DNA of 62,615 nucleotides, filler included, from Choristocarpus tenellus KU-1152 (taxonomy: Eukaryota; Protista; Phaeophyceae): NCBI GenBank assembly GCA_964200185.2. It is 10 parts of 10 records of this genome, joined end to end, with 100 filler letters (N's around TTAATTAATTAA, not from the genome) between each part and the next. Parts side by side here need not be neighbours in the genome. Positions count along the whole stretch, not along the records: positions 39,387 to 47,527 come from CAXNAD020005091.1; positions 47,628 to 53,243 come from CAXNAD020010237.1; positions 53,344 to 57,781 come from CAXNAD020014554.1; 7 more parts are not named here. One strand, written 5' to 3'. Made by a program: the position numbers and the translations under genes. The notes beneath the pieces were generated by a model. That model had not been told where the DNA came from. It did no database searches and saw only the letters and a program-made list of their open reading frames with translations. Shown piece after piece: positions 39,935-53,888 of this stretch; within the stretch, counting starts at the first letter, position 1, and every line of letters begins with the position of its first letter.

Positions 39935-40990
39935 TTGTAATGTTATAAGCCTTACTTCTATGAAGCACTGATGCCATTATTATTTCCTGCAATTTCCTTT
40001 CCGAGGTTTTCACGGAAATCTCAATTTTTGCGAAATGCTCTTCTTGTAGTTTTGTGGTGGCTATATTTTTCTCTAGACCAACGTCGATCGACCTTGGATT
40101 AGAAATAATGCGAATCGGGTGCGTGTTTAGGAAGAGGGAAAAATGATAAATGCTGTCTTCATAAAATAAGATTTTTGTCAAGAGGTGTTTGAACTTTTCC
40201 ATTTTCGATATTCGCAATTCTTCCAAACGAAATGAAAAGTTTTGTCAAGAGGTGTTTGGACTTTTCCATTTTCGATATTCGCAATTCTTCCAAACGAAAT
40301 GAAAAGGTTATCGTACAAGCCTTACTCCTATGAAACACTGGTGCCATTATTTCCTGCAATTTCCTTTCCGAGGTTGTTTTTCACGGAATCTCAAATTTTG
40401 GAAATACTCTTTCCTCTGGTTTTGTGGTGGCTACATGTTTCTCTGGACCAGCGTCAATCGGCGTTGGATTAAAAACAATGCGAATCGGGTGCGCGTTTGA
40501 GGAAGAGGGAAAAATGATTAATGCTGTCTTCATAAAATAAGTTTTTTGTCAAGAGGTGTTTGGACTTTTCCATTTTCGATATTCGCAATTCTTCCAAACG
40601 AAATGAGAAGGTTATTGCACAAGCTTTACTCCTATGAAGCACTGGAGCCATTATTTCCTGCGATTTCCTTTCCGAGGTTGTTTTTCACGGAAATCTCAAA
40701 TTTTGGAAATATTCTTTCCTGTAGTTTTGTGGTGGCTAGATGTTTCTCTGGACTAGTGTCGATTGGCGTTGGATTAGAAACAATGCGAATCGGTTGCGCG
40801 TTTGAGGAGGAAGGCAATAGATTTATCCTTCCTTCATAAAACGACATTTTTGTCAAGAGGTATTTGGACTTTTCCATTTTCGATATTCGCAATTCTTCCC
40901 AACGAAATGAGGTTATTGTACAAGCCTTACTCCTATGAAGCACTGGTGCCATTATTTCCTGCGATTTCCTTTCCGAGGTTGTTTTTAGGG
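39935..40990. repeat. ~300-bp tandem repeat (~3.3 units, one with an internal ~70-bp duplication)
   Basis: aagccttactcctatgaagcactgg anchors at ~39947, 40317, 40621 and 40922. Confidence 0.92.
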
Positions 40991-41149
40991 AAATGTCCAT
41001 TTTTCAAAACCCTGCGGATTTTCCATACGGTGTGAGGCTGTGACGATGACGTCATAATCTGCGTCCATGAACTTATTTTTTTAATATTTCAGTTCGAAAT
41101 CGTATAATACGGTGCGGGAATTTGTATCTTGTTTGGTACGTATCAACTA

Positions 41150-44100
41150 TGAAGTATTCCAGTATTATATATGGTGGTGATGGAGGGTGAGTCATACCTT
41201 TTTGGGATTGGGGTATGTGTGCCTTGCGAATCCGCGACTGGAACCCATGCGTTGGTAAGGTCTCGTAACGGCCTTGGAGTGTCCATCCCGCGTTTTAGAA
41301 TCGATGGCTCTTGTCCCTCCCGTGTACGGAGGTGCAAAGGCTGGTTAGGTGTTCTGCCATGCTTGTGCCGCTGTTCATTCTGCCTGATCGAAACGGGTAA
41401 AGCAATAGATGTGGGTCAAGCTTGCTGGACGTTCATTCTTTGAAATAACAAAACTTTGTTTCTTCCTTTGTGCCGAAGAAATTCCTGATGTTGGGGTAGA
41501 TTATACGAGAGGAACGGGGGAACGTGTGTAGGCAGTTTGGGGCACGTTAACCATATTGTAATGATTCCATTTGGATATTTTATTGTTTCTTTATCGAATG
41601 AAAAGTTTGGAGAAAGTTTTCGCTATTCGAGAAAGTGCATCGAGGTTAAGTTCGAGTGTGTAATTGTTGATATGGCGAACGTGATTGGCTGGATACCTCG
41701 TTATTTGAGAACAGAACGATACTAATAAATGAATATTTTACTCGATACGCGATGTGGGATTCCAACATTTGTCCTACTACATCTGACGTTCGTTCAAAGT
41801 ACATTGTCGCATGAAGGAAGGATATATGGGAAACATTTGTCAAAGGCCATTATAATGAATCAATATGCCAAAGTAGACGAAGAATAAGTGGAATGAAAGA
41901 GCCAACGTAAACTCGCCTGAGAGACAGTCGTTTATACTCTTTTAACGGATGTGTGAACAATATATGTATGTATGGGTTCGATTTCTTGTATTGGAGGATA
42001 ACAGGAAGGTGCGATGAGGTCGTCGGCCCATGAATGCCTGGGTGGCATCAAATCATACCACAAGATGAGAGCCTCACTTATTCCCAACAAAGAGCTACCT
42101 GAGCATTTATCTTCCGAAAAACTGTGTGTGGCTGGGATGGGTATAGGATATGTTTGAAATAATATATAGATGTTCTGCCTCATCTAAAAATAAATACTGC
42201 AAAGGACAAACACGGAAAGGCGTCGCAATTGCTGAATTTGAGGATGTCAAAAGCATCAGGCAACAAGTGAGTTTGACGGCATGCACGTGCGCAGTCCTTC
42301 CAGATCATCCAACCCAATCGTGAACACGAAAATTTTCCTTCCCCGCTATCAGTAGACACTATCACGTATAATGAATGATTTGCCTGATCAACCTCCCTAT
42401 CATCCCTCCAATTCCAACACGCCGATTCGTGTGCAATTCGGAGCATTCATCCTCGATCCTTCGTATTCCCCCCCCTACACGGTTCCTCTTCTACACATGT
42501 ACACACTGTTTGAACACTGGCTGATTCCTCCTTGTCCGACCAACGTTTGGAGGCTAAGACTGTATGGCCTGTGCACTACTTACGATTTTACCACCTAGCC
42601 TTTACCCCAAGCCATTAAGCAAGACATTCACAACATGTTACGTGAAACATGTCGATCACCATACATGCCAATCTTCCGTGGCATTTCCGTAAGATTGAGC
42701 GATTGAATTTTCAGTAGTATTAGCTCTGACCGTGTCGTCCTACCCTCAATATCGGAATGCCGACATACTTTCCCAGAGGCTTAGTGAAAATCGTAATTTA
42801 CTCATCCCCTAAACACGGTAGGGTCTGTTTGCGGTGTTACGACATAACCACACCCCCATATTTCTTCTCCTAACCCTACTCTATACAACACCACCTTTGC
42901 CGTTGATACCCACCCGCAACAAACGCATGGCTCATTAAGCACAATAACGACTGCACGTGAAATCGTGGAGGCACCCGCCAGAGCACACACACACACACAC
43001 ACATCATTACACAACCTATTCTTGTGGAACACTCCATCGCACCAACAAACCCTACACATGACTCTAAGGTCGTGTACGTTACACCCTTTATTTCGAGAGC
43101 ATGCTCCTTTACACAACTTGTGAAAGAATCAGGCATACTCTTGTAGCCTAGCCCACACGTACACTCTCAAGAAGACCACGCATGTCAACGAAGTCATGAA
43201 GTCGCTATTGTTTCGAATGATTGGGACCAAATAATAGCCGTATCCCTGTTATTGTCGATGATGCCAGTCACCACATATGCACCACTCTACCCCCCCTTCT
43301 CCTCACTAATTCCGAAGTGGTTGTCAATATTGTCAAATTTTCCGAAAACAGTGTTTAATACATTCCTTCGTATATGTCCATCATGGCGTTGCGCATCTCT
43401 CATTAATTTCTTCGATCCCATGTCCCTGGCACATACATTGATCAACTTATCACAGTCTTGTTAGAAAATGCTTGTAGGTCTGCAAAGCTTACCAACCTCG
43501 TCTTTTGGCACAGGTCGGATGCTCCCTCTCAAACATAGTCCGTAATATCGTTGCCCTAACTCCCATGCCAGTTTTTACCTTGATCTACATAATTAGTCAC
43601 CCTCCACTGCAGCCAACTCTGATCCATAAATGCGGCACTTCACTAACTACGCAGTGAAGTGTTGTGGAGAGGAATAGGAACCCTATAAAATTTTTGCCCT
43701 TTCAATGAGTAACCGTTTCTTTCAGATATTGCCCCTCAACCACTCCGAGTTTTCGCCATCATTTCAAGAGTTCACCAACATAAGAGTCGACACTCCTCTT
43801 TAGGCAGTTCTTGTCAGTTACCGTAGCAGTTCACTGCCCGTTCTGTCATGTTGTTCAAGACACAGGGGAAATATCCCCTGCGGTTTTTACCATTCCAAAT
43901 TGCTATTTCTTTCAAGCAGTAGATGCCACCGATGCGAAATATACATCTTATTATACCTCTAGCCGCCGTAGCCAATCCACACATCCTGAAGCAGTTCGCC
44001 CCCCGTTAGGACATGTTGTTGAACAAGGAATAGGCATGACACCCCGTGTTTTTTTTCATTCAATAGTTGTTTCTTTCAAGCATAGCATCTTGCCCATTCG

Positions 44101-44200
44101 GGATTTCGAACTTCGTTTCAGTATTCACCAATAAAAAAGAAACCAATGTCTCCTGTTCCCAATCTTCGTCACTTCCCTGATCATTCATCTGTCCGTCTTA
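41150..44200 (-). pseudogene. Heavily decayed coding region, possibly a Plavaka/CACTA-like transposase
   Basis: Manual translation gives protein-like stretches broken by stops: QDCDKLINVC..., YVGIPIL...ILRKCH...WSDKEES..VCTC..EPCR, and ILWYDLMP. The order is reminiscent of Plavaka motifs (AYIP, RxLFH, ADYPE-CxxC, DLLH). Weak resemblance only. Confidence 0.35.
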
Positions 44201-44643
44201 ACGTGTTGTCCATGAAGAAATACACGATACCCTGTATATCGGCTTTGTCAGAACGTAACCATTTCTTGGAAGTATTGCACCACATCCATCCCTCACTTTC
44301 GACATTATATTGATATACAACAACAAAAACCGCCATCCATTGCTAGCCCCCATCACCCAGCACCTAACCACTCCTCCTCCACGCATTCTTTTTGGCACGA
44401 CCTTTCCCTCTTCTCCGACACGTTCAATATCCCCACCAACGATGTGCATTCCAAAGGAAGTACCTCAACGACGCTTTGCATCCCAAACATTTCTATTTCT
44501 CATATCACGTGGATGAAAACATTTATTTCTTGTCGATTTTCCTTTCACATTTCTCTTTTGTCGATTCTCCTTTCACGTTTTTCTTGTGATTGTTTTTTCG
44601 AGTAAAGGTTGATGGTCCATCAATAATCATTTGAATTTTTTGT

Positions 44644-44968
44644 TTCCTATCACGGATTGAGTACAAACTACCCCCTATTATTAACCATCGTCGTTCAGCA
44701 TTTGACTTCATTTGACTTCATTTGATAAGAAAAGCACATCAAACAGATGCATTCGGAAATCAAGAAACTTTCAATTTCGGAAGCTTAACGATTCATAATT
44801 TACAGGATTTTTTTTTTCCTATCACGGATCGACTATAAACTACCCCCTTTTTTTAACCAACGTCGTTCAGTATCCGACTTCATTTGATAAGAAAAACACA
44901 TCAAACAGATGCATTCGGAAATCAAGAAAATTTTAATTTCCGCGGCTGAACAATTCATAATTTTCAGT
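44644..44968. repeat. ~172-bp tandem duplication
   Basis: ttcctatcacggat..aaactacccc...catttgataagaaaa.cacatcaaacagatgcattcggaaatcaagaaa occurs twice. Confidence 0.9.
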
Positions 44969-45191
44969 TCCTGCCCATCGATTTTTTAGGACGAAATGCA
45001 ACACCCCTCAACTTCGCACCAAGCCCGTTCTCATATGCAATGCAGCATAGACATTACTTTCACGTTGCAAATCACTCCACCCCCAAACACGCATCATCCG
45101 TGGCTAACCACTCAAGTGCCTGCTCGTTCGCTGAACACCTGTAACATCGCTTATTTCATCATCCCTACCTCACCATGTTCAACACCCAATA

Positions 45192-46254
45192 GTGCGAAAC
45201 ATACCACCTGCACACTCGACTGAAATCCATTTCCCGCAAACTCCTCTCGTTCGATGCTATGTTTCCCGAAACCGTACATCACATGAAGGACTACGAGCAA
45301 ACCTGCCAGCAAAGAAACGAACCATCGGACTGCACAAATTTGCTACTTTGAACTATGTTCGGCCAAAGCAACTTACTTGGCCAACTCGAGATTCCTCTCC
45401 CAGGGCTATAAATGCAAATCTACTTAATGACGCCAGGGTTGCAGCTATGTTCAACAAAGTGACGAGGGATCCCAATAACACAGCAGAGGTGATATGGGGA
45501 ATCCTAGGTTCGCAGTCTTTCGACATGTGCTCACGCTGGAAGACCGAGGCCGAGATAAGGGAGTACATGTTGGAGCAAGGTCTTTCGGCAAATCTCTCCA
45601 ACAGTGGGTTCATCAAGATGTACATCGCTAAGGAACTCATGAGGAAGGACAAGATGGGGAAGAGGCACAACCCTTCGGACCCCGACAACATATTCTATTG
45701 CCTAAATGGGCAGCATCGGTTAATGCTGCTCAGGATTCTGAACAGCGTACGGCTCATGGGCAAATTACCGATAGCGATAAGCCTTCCCGACTTCGTTGAC
45801 CAAGCTTGGGCCGACACAGTAATGAAGAGTCTGCAAGCGCTCCCACATTGCATGGCACGTGTATCCATGTTGTGACAGGGAGAAGGCGGAGTCCATCTCC
45901 ATCCGATGTGGGGTGCAGTCGAGCAAGTCCCATGTCCCCAACGTGGTGGACGTCTTCCCCAGGATGGTGTCACGGTTACGGGCCATTAAGGACTTCCGGG
46001 CAGAATTCGGAAGGGTCCAGCCCCTTCCGAGCACGACGGCAGATGTGGCAAACGACAGTAACGAGAAGTGTAATAGGCGAAATGAACTGGTCAGGCTCTG
46101 TAAACAGTATTCCCTCAGAAAGCTAAACTTCTAGGACAGCGACGCCGCCTTCAAGGTTGCTGTTAAGAAAAATGTTGTGACGAAGATTATGGCATTCCTG
46201 AAGGAGGCATGGGTCGACACCAACCTCGAGAGTGGCCTGGACAATGCCAGCCAA
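45192..46254 (+). pseudogene. ParB/Srx-like (DGQHR-type) domain ORF, frameshifted
   Basis: 227-aa intronless ORF with SPRAIN....RVAAM and IFYCLNGQHRLMLL. It continues after a frameshift at ~45870 (REKAESISIRCG...) and an in-frame stop at 46132. Confidence 0.5.
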
Positions 46255-47627
46255 GGTACAGCCAATTAATTCTACAACGCCATCGCGTCTCTGGCCCAGA
46301 TATGTGCAGACAAAGGTAAGGCTACAAGCACTTATGATTTTGGTATTTGTATTATGGTCGACACGAACAACCCCAATATTTTCATCTAACCGTACGAATC
46401 CCTCATTCGCCGACCTCGTCACTCTGCCGCCAGGAACTGATGAATTCGAGAAAGTTTTGTGCGGTGTGTGGCAGGATCACAAGAGAAGGGAGACAAACGA
46501 TGTAAGTGCGGCACATATCCAAGCATGTCAGTAAGAACGTTCGAGTATGCTATTTTAACAACGCACCATCGATGAACCCACAACCGCACATGCCCAATGA
46601 AAAAAGGTACTCACGAATGGATCGCAACCTGTCAATATTTCAACCCAATTTGCCATCCACCCAACTGCGGCTAGCCATGTCAGATTCGCTTTCTGTTTAT
46701 GAGAGACAAACCATGATGGGTCGTTTATTTTTTTTATGGTATGTGGACTTCATACCTGCATACTAAAGTTTAGACAGACACGGTGCGAACCTATGATACG
46801 ACGAAATCCGTTTACACCCTGCGAAGAATGTGTGACATATCTGACCTTGACCTCTCTTCGAAAATGTCGCCTCAGTCGACACACAGAGTAAGTTCGATTT
46901 CAGGGCTGTACACACGTTCACTGTGCTCTGGGACGCGAACCGCGAGGCCGCTCTCGAATCCCTGAAGAACAGCGGCGGATTCAGCCACGGCTACAGGAAA
47001 ACGGTAGGCGCGAAGAGTATATTGATGTAGCATCAGGCGTAGGAGTGGTACACATTTTATATGTCGACTCTCGGTACCAACGACCGCCGTTGATCATTTT
47101 CAGTTTGATTCTTGCTAATTTTCCACGTTCTAATGCCTTCCTACAAACAGGTTGGTCGTACTTTGTTAGGGAGAAAATTCAACGTCACAAACTCATAAGG
47201 GTTCTTCATAAAGACGAAGTAAGGCAATCAATGTTTTATCGAACCATATTTTTGATTGCGGAAATTTATAGTCCCTGGGAATGCATTGCGCTTTCCCGCT
47301 TGAACACGTTTCATGTATCTCCCAGAGACCCCATCCTGGCAAAATTTGTTTCCGTAGCACGACCAGTCCCGATTATTAGGAAGATCTCTTTCTAATTATA
47401 GCCCAAGGTATTCTCGATGCAGACACGAGGAAATCAAAAACGTGTGGTCAATGACTCAGAAACTCTGTTGTGGACCTTTCTCCTTGCGAGTGGTACAAAT
47501 TCCCGTGTCCTGCTGATGTTGTATATTNNNNNNNNNNNNNNNNNNNNNNNNNNNNNNNNNNNNNNNNNNNNTTAATTAATTAANNNNNNNNNNNNNNNNN
47601 NNNNNNNNNNNNNNNNNNNNNNNNNNN

Positions 47628-48144
47628 CCCTGAACTTGGCGTAGACGGGGGAGATCTCTAACCGCCCCTCCCCTACAGGCCGTTCCGCTGCCACCTGAGA
47701 AGCTTGTTCGAGGTAGTTCACCACCTACGTTACAACAAAAAAAACAGTTACAGTTACAGTTACAGTTACAGTTGAGGTTGCAGCTACAGTGATGGCTACA
47801 GCTACGGCTACAGCTACATTTACATTTACAGATACAGTTACAGTTCAAATGAGAGGCAAGGTAGGGAATATTTAGATCAATATTTATATCAATATTTACA
47901 TCAAATATTTGTATCAATACTTACATCAATACTTATATCAATATTTACATCAATATTTACATCAATATATATAGATATCAATATTTATATCAATATTTAC
48001 CGTTTTTTACAACGGCTCCCAGAGTAAAGCCAGTTACAATGCCTCCAGGAGAGAGGTTCAAGTTCAACTCCTTTTGTGTAGCGTGTGTGTGCATGTCTGT
48101 GGGTGTCTGTGTGTGTATGTGTGTGTGTCTGTGTGTCTGTGTGT

Positions 48145-48186
<42 letters not shown>

Positions 48187-51100
48187 ATGTGAATGTCTTG
48201 CAAATTATGTGTATACTTGCTTCATACTATAGGTGAACAAAATTTCCTCCTTAGATCACTAATATATATATACACACATATACCACTTCTCATATGGGCT
48301 GAACATTGAATAATATAGCAGTTTATAATATATGGTTGGGATTTCTGCGATTGTAGGGACTGATGATTCAGGAGGAGATTCCGTGATATGATGCTGGTGG
48401 GAATGTGCCACTCCATACATGTACCAAAAGCAATTTCTAATCAAGAGTCAACATTGAAAAATGGCAACACATACAACACATTATACCACCTAGCATCCTA
48501 CTGAAAAAAATGAGAGGAAACTTGTTGATACATAAACGGATGGATGGATGGATGGATGGATTGATGGATGGATCGATGGATGGATGGGCAAGCAAACTGA
48601 TGTATGGATGAATGACAAGGTGTAGATTGACAACAGGAACAGATGGATAGATCAATAAACAGATGGATGATATTCTTGGTTGAGAAAGATGCTGTGATCC
48701 TTGGGATATGGATCAATGGATGGACAAATGGATTTTGAAAAAAGGTGTGCCAGAGATTACGATTACATTACATGGTATCCGTAGATCTAAGGCTAAAAAT
48801 AGACTACATTCTTATTACATAACCTTTATTACATAACATATATTACACAACATATATTACACTACGTATATTACAGAACATAAATTACAGAACATATATT
48901 ACATAACACATATTACGTAACATACATCACACAACACAAATTACAGTAAGTATATTACAGAACATATATTGTGCAACATATATTACATGTTATTACTGCT
49001 CATGAAAAAAAGTGGCAGTTGTACAGGGTAACGTCTGAACACATGTTGTCCTTGTTTTGTACTCTGTCAGCACGTTTCATAATTGGGGACAGCTTGAGAA
49101 AGTAGATACCCACACATACGGTCCTACACCTGGTTATTGATTATGGTACTACACCTGGTTATTGATTATGGTACTACACCTGGTTATTGATCATGGTATT
49201 ACACCTGGTTATTGATTATGGTACTACACCTGGTTATTGATTATGGTATTACACCTGGTTATTGACAATGGTACTACACCTGCTTCTTAACAATGGTACT
49301 ACACCTGCTTCTTGACAATGGTATTACACCTGCTTCTTGATGATGGTACTACACCTGCTTCTTGACGATGGTACTATACCTGCTTCTTGATGATGGTACT
49401 ACACCTGGTTCTTGACGAGAGCCAACGCCCTGGCCAGCAACTGTCCCAACTTCTCCAGATACAGAGCGCTGTCCTTAAGCTCAGGGTGCTGCGTGAGGTA
49501 TTCCATGCTCACCCGTACTTTTTCCAGGGCCTTTGACAACACCATTGAGACAAGAGGAGAAAGAAAAAAATATGTTAATCAAGAAAAAAATACTGGTAAA
49601 AAAATTAGTCAGCACAAAAATAAACAAAAAAGTAGTACAAAAAAGTAGAGTATAGAATAGACGATGACACCATCGCAAACACTAGGGTAGCTACAGACAC
49701 TCCTGAAGTAAAGTCTATGTCAATGTTGTACGGTAGTTGTGATCACTCGAACCTGCTCACAATATTGACGATATTCACAATATTGACGATATTCACAATA
49801 TTGACGATATTCACAACATTGACGATATTCACAAATTTCACGGTGACCAAAACATTACCATCGTACACACAGCACACACCCCACGGCATCCTAATCCTAC
49901 CCCTAAACCAAAACCTAGCCCTAAATCTGAGCCAATCACAGGCGAGGAGCTACTGCAGTCTAATTCCTGGTAAACGTTCCAGTAAGGTAGTTAAGTTAGT
50001 TCATGATGTTTGGTGTGTGTACACTACAGTTGTTGTATTCAGGAGGTGCATGTGGTGAACTGCTTCACAGTTTCAGAACCTCAACGGGTCATTTTTTTTT
50101 TAAGTGCACACGTTTTTTGGCGCTATCCTGAAAAAGAGAGCAGGCTTGGGTTAGCACGCCCGTAAGAGCAAATGGCAGTATCAAAAAGTCACCCGAAAAA
50201 AACGGGCAACAAAAAAAAATTAAGAAATCAAAAATAAGTATTCAATATTAGATCCTCAAGACTCAAGCACTGCAATACCCCATCTCTATAACCATAACTC
50301 TCCTCAACTCCTTGCAAGAAAAGCTGTCAACAACCCATCCCCAAAACCTCCATTAAAAAAAAATAACCTGAAATACTTCGGCATCCACTTGTACAACCCC
50401 AATAAACGAATCTCTCTGCTATAAAAACACCCCGCTTTGTGCCAACAGTAATCCTACCTCAGCAAATGCATCACTGCCTGGATGCAGGTGATGAACCTTA
50501 ACAGTTGTCGGAGGCAATGCCGGGGTCCCGCCAGAGGACCCAATCACTGTCCTGCCAATTAGGGGTAGCCCAAGTGCCGGCCCCAGCTCCTCCAGAGTGT
50601 TGAAGTGCTGCAGTGGTTTCGTCAAGGCTTCGACCCTCTGCTCCAGCTCTTGCTGCTCTTTCAGGAGACTCTCGCAGGTGGCGTGGAGAGATTGGGTTTT
50701 CGACGAAACCTTGATGATAAGTAGGTGGGTGCATTGGGGAGTAGGGAGAGGGTGAATAACACAAGGCTAGTGGTGTTTCCGTTCATGTTCACGTCCACCA
50801 GGGGAAACGACGGTGTGCCATGAAAGATTCCCTACAACCTCTTGAAGGGGGCTAGAGAAAGTGGTATAGATTTGGAAAAAGACGCACAGAAAAATAGGCT
50901 TTCCTAGATGCACTCTTCATCAGTTCAACATTCCCCAATACCTACCAGGATGAGGCTATGCCAGAACTCGACTACAGTCACCACCCAAAAGAAACGACCC
51001 AGCTGCACACCTGTTCCTGCTGAGATGCAATGGTATCCAGCAAATGCACTGCCCTCTCAATCTTGGCCACGAGAGCCTTACACGTTTCCTGGTACTCCCG

Positions 51101-51611
51101 CAAACTGCTACACCGCTCCCTTGCCTGCAAACCCAGGTCATCTCCTCCGAGAGAATTTGAGTCGTAGTAGTCTTTGTAGAGACCTGCTATCCCCGAGGGC
51201 TTAGCTGATTTATCCACCACCTTATTTTTTCGGTGTCGATCAAGGGGGAAGGTAGTTAGACAAATTGCAGCATAGCCTTAGCAAAAGGACCAACAAATTG
51301 CAAGTCACAGAACCAAAACCGTGTATCGATAGGGGTGGAAGAGGCGGTGATGGTAAAAGAGAGATCTATTGTTAAGAAAATAGGTTGGGGTTTGACTTAT
51401 GAAACACCCATGACTAGCTATGGTTCGAGACCTTCGTATTGTGAAGGACGCTGCTCCAGTGTACCTGTGTAGGCTGGGCTAAGGATGCTGTCCGCCTGGG
51501 AACCACTGCCTCCGCAACGTCCCCACCACATTCTAGCCGAACCCAAGACAGTCGTTCTAGTTGTGATTCAGAGGTTGGAGCGTACGCTTCCCATGACGTC
51601 TGAGACGCCAT
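47628..51611 (-). CDS. COG3: Conserved oligomeric Golgi complex subunit 3 (Sec34), 5' part
   Basis: Exons 51611-51465, 51220-51011, 50709-50458, 49530-49405 and 47724-edge, all phase 0. They give VSSKTQSLHATCESLLKEQQELE..LQHFNTLEEL; EYLTQHPELKDSALYLEKLGQLLARALALVK; VYAKFR, which match the COG3 Sec34 domain. Confidence 0.9.
47745..48000. repeat. (CAGTTA)n and 14-bp (atcaatatttacat-type) intronic repeats
   Basis: Read directly. Confidence 0.85.
48810..48990. repeat. Degenerate ~14-bp repeat (attacataacatat)
   Basis: Read directly. Confidence 0.8.
49124..49416. repeat. 25-bp minisatellite (~11.5 units) overlapping the COG3 exon 4 donor
   Basis: Unit acacctg(g/c)tt(a/c)ttga..atggta(c/t)t. Confidence 0.95.
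49758..49834. repeat. 18-bp minisatellite x4
   Basis: cacaatattgacgatatt. Confidence 0.9.
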
Positions 51612-53888
51612 CCGTCCTAAGAGGAGAAGAATGTTTCATAAATTTTTTAATGATCTTGTTTGGAATTGATAGTACATTGACAAGAAAAGGTATACCCTTC
51701 TCACTCAATACAAAATAGGGTATAGATACATTTTATTTGTAGGTTGTCGTAAGATTCTTGGTAAATGTCACTTAAAAGGTACGTACTATAAATTGCAAGG
51801 TCACCTAAGTCAGTAGGCCTCCAGACCTCTAATGGTAAATAGCTGTGAGAGACCAAAGACAGAAGGTTTTGACCACTACTACATCTACATGTTTGGTATC
51901 TACAAACACAATAGTACTAGTGATAGTATTACATCGTCAAATTGAAAATAAGGGAGGAATATCCCCTTCCTTGGATATAGTGCATGACTAGAGAATACCA
52001 CCTGGAACCACTACTACTATCAACAATAGTAATATTGTTACGGCATATAATATTTATAATATACTGAAGAAACTAGTACTTGAAGAGTAGTCAAAATCGA
52101 CCATCAAAAGTCCCATGTAGGACACACTAGCGATATGATGCTTCTTCCATTAACGACAAGGCCTTCCACATACATACATATACTTCAAGTTCCTTGCTCG
52201 CTGACCATGAACTGCTTTCGACGCACTTGCACCTATCTGTCTGTGTATATGGCATGGAGTTACATACTATACTAATACCTCGCACTAGGAGGGTTACTCT
52301 TCTAACATTTTTATGTCAACTCAAATCAGTATGTATGTGGTGGAGTAATTTTGTATATCCGTGAAAATAGAGGTACATTATCATATCAACTCGTTTCTCT
52401 CTTACTTCGTGGCAAGGAGGGGGGCTGTCAGATTCTTGGGATGCTTCCCTAGCTCCTCGCCCACTTATGTAGGGCTAAGCTAGGTTGGAGGCATAAAGCG
52501 GTATTGATTCCTTACCCCTTTGAAGTAATCTTGCTTTTTTTCGTTGTATTGTCACAAGAGTTATAAACCATATGCAATGTCAAATGTAAGCTTATGAGAA
52601 GATCTTTGGAAAGTGTGTATGCATGAATGTACAAACGTTGATGAACGGCAGTTATGCCTCGATCAAATAATGGCCATAACGCGGAGGAACATCTCTGGCG
52701 CAATTTTGATTATCGCAACCTCAAAAGGTATAAAAATGAAGTGGTTGGCTGAATTCCCCGCAAAAAGGGAAAGTTTATGAAGTAATCTGAGTTTTATGGG
52801 TGTGGGCGGAATAATTCTGGTTGGTTGGGGGCACAGGGGAAGGGAGGGGACAGGGAAGAAATATAAATTAGCAGGAAGGGAACGAAGGGTTAAATACTGA
52901 GTGTTTGAGAGAGGGAGAGGAGAAGTTAAGAAAATGGTTGGCAGGCGGATGCAGGAGTGGAGAAGGGAATGGACAGTATTGAATTGAAGAGGAAACCTTG
53001 GGCTGGGGTGGAAGAACGAGGAGGGCTAGATCAAGACGACCCCCGAGCAAACTTTCCCGCCCACCTGCCCTGTCACTTGCTCACAACCGACTTGGGTCTC
53101 AGGGTGGGAGGGGAGGTCGAGTTTGGGCAGGTAGATGCCTTCTAGCTCAAAGGCACGGTATGAAGGGGATGATGAAGGGGTGTTCTTGGATTATTGTGGA
53201 GGGGTGTTGAGTGGTGTGGGGTTGAGTGGTGTTCAATGGTGTGNNNNNNNNNNNNNNNNNNNNNNNNNNNNNNNNNNNNNNNNNNNNTTAATTAATTAAN
53301 NNNNNNNNNNNNNNNNNNNNNNNNNNNNNNNNNNNNNNNNNNNCACTACATATATATATATATATATGTTACGTTGGAGGGCGTTCGGCAGACCTTTGTG
53401 AGTTCAGGTGCCGCAGAGAACACGTCTGTCAGCTGTTGAAGTCATGAAATTCCCGACTGTGTTTCGTTTGTACTATATTTCTCGAGTCCTCCGTTACTCC
53501 CAACGGCACCACCTATACCCCCCATACAGTGAACATAGGCTCTCTTCTTCCACTATAAGTGATACTCTGTCCTCATGCAAAACCATATATATATACATAT
53601 ACTCCGAGTAGTTGTCTTTTCTCAGCAATGAATTAGAGAAAATTTCCATCCCATTCCAACAATCTTACAGTACCTGTAATAAGTCCATATATATCATGTG
53701 TTACCAATCGAAATCCAATGTTATGGTTACAGTACAACCACTAGATATCCCTTGCCCTCAGCTTTCACCTCATTTATCCCTCTTTATATCTGAATGATGA
53801 GCAAGAATTGCAGAGGTTCTGTTCCATATGCCTACTGATGAACTCACCCCACAGAACCACAGAACCCCAGGACAGTTAGAGCAGTACC

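Noticed and set aside
39935-40990. Repeated ORFs (EELRISKMEK..., SRGVWTFPFSIFA...)
   Set aside because: These are translations of a non-coding tandem repeat; frames and stops differ between units.
49124-49416. CRISPR-like array
   Set aside because: The units are contiguous with no unique spacers, there are no cas genes, and it sits in a eukaryotic intron.
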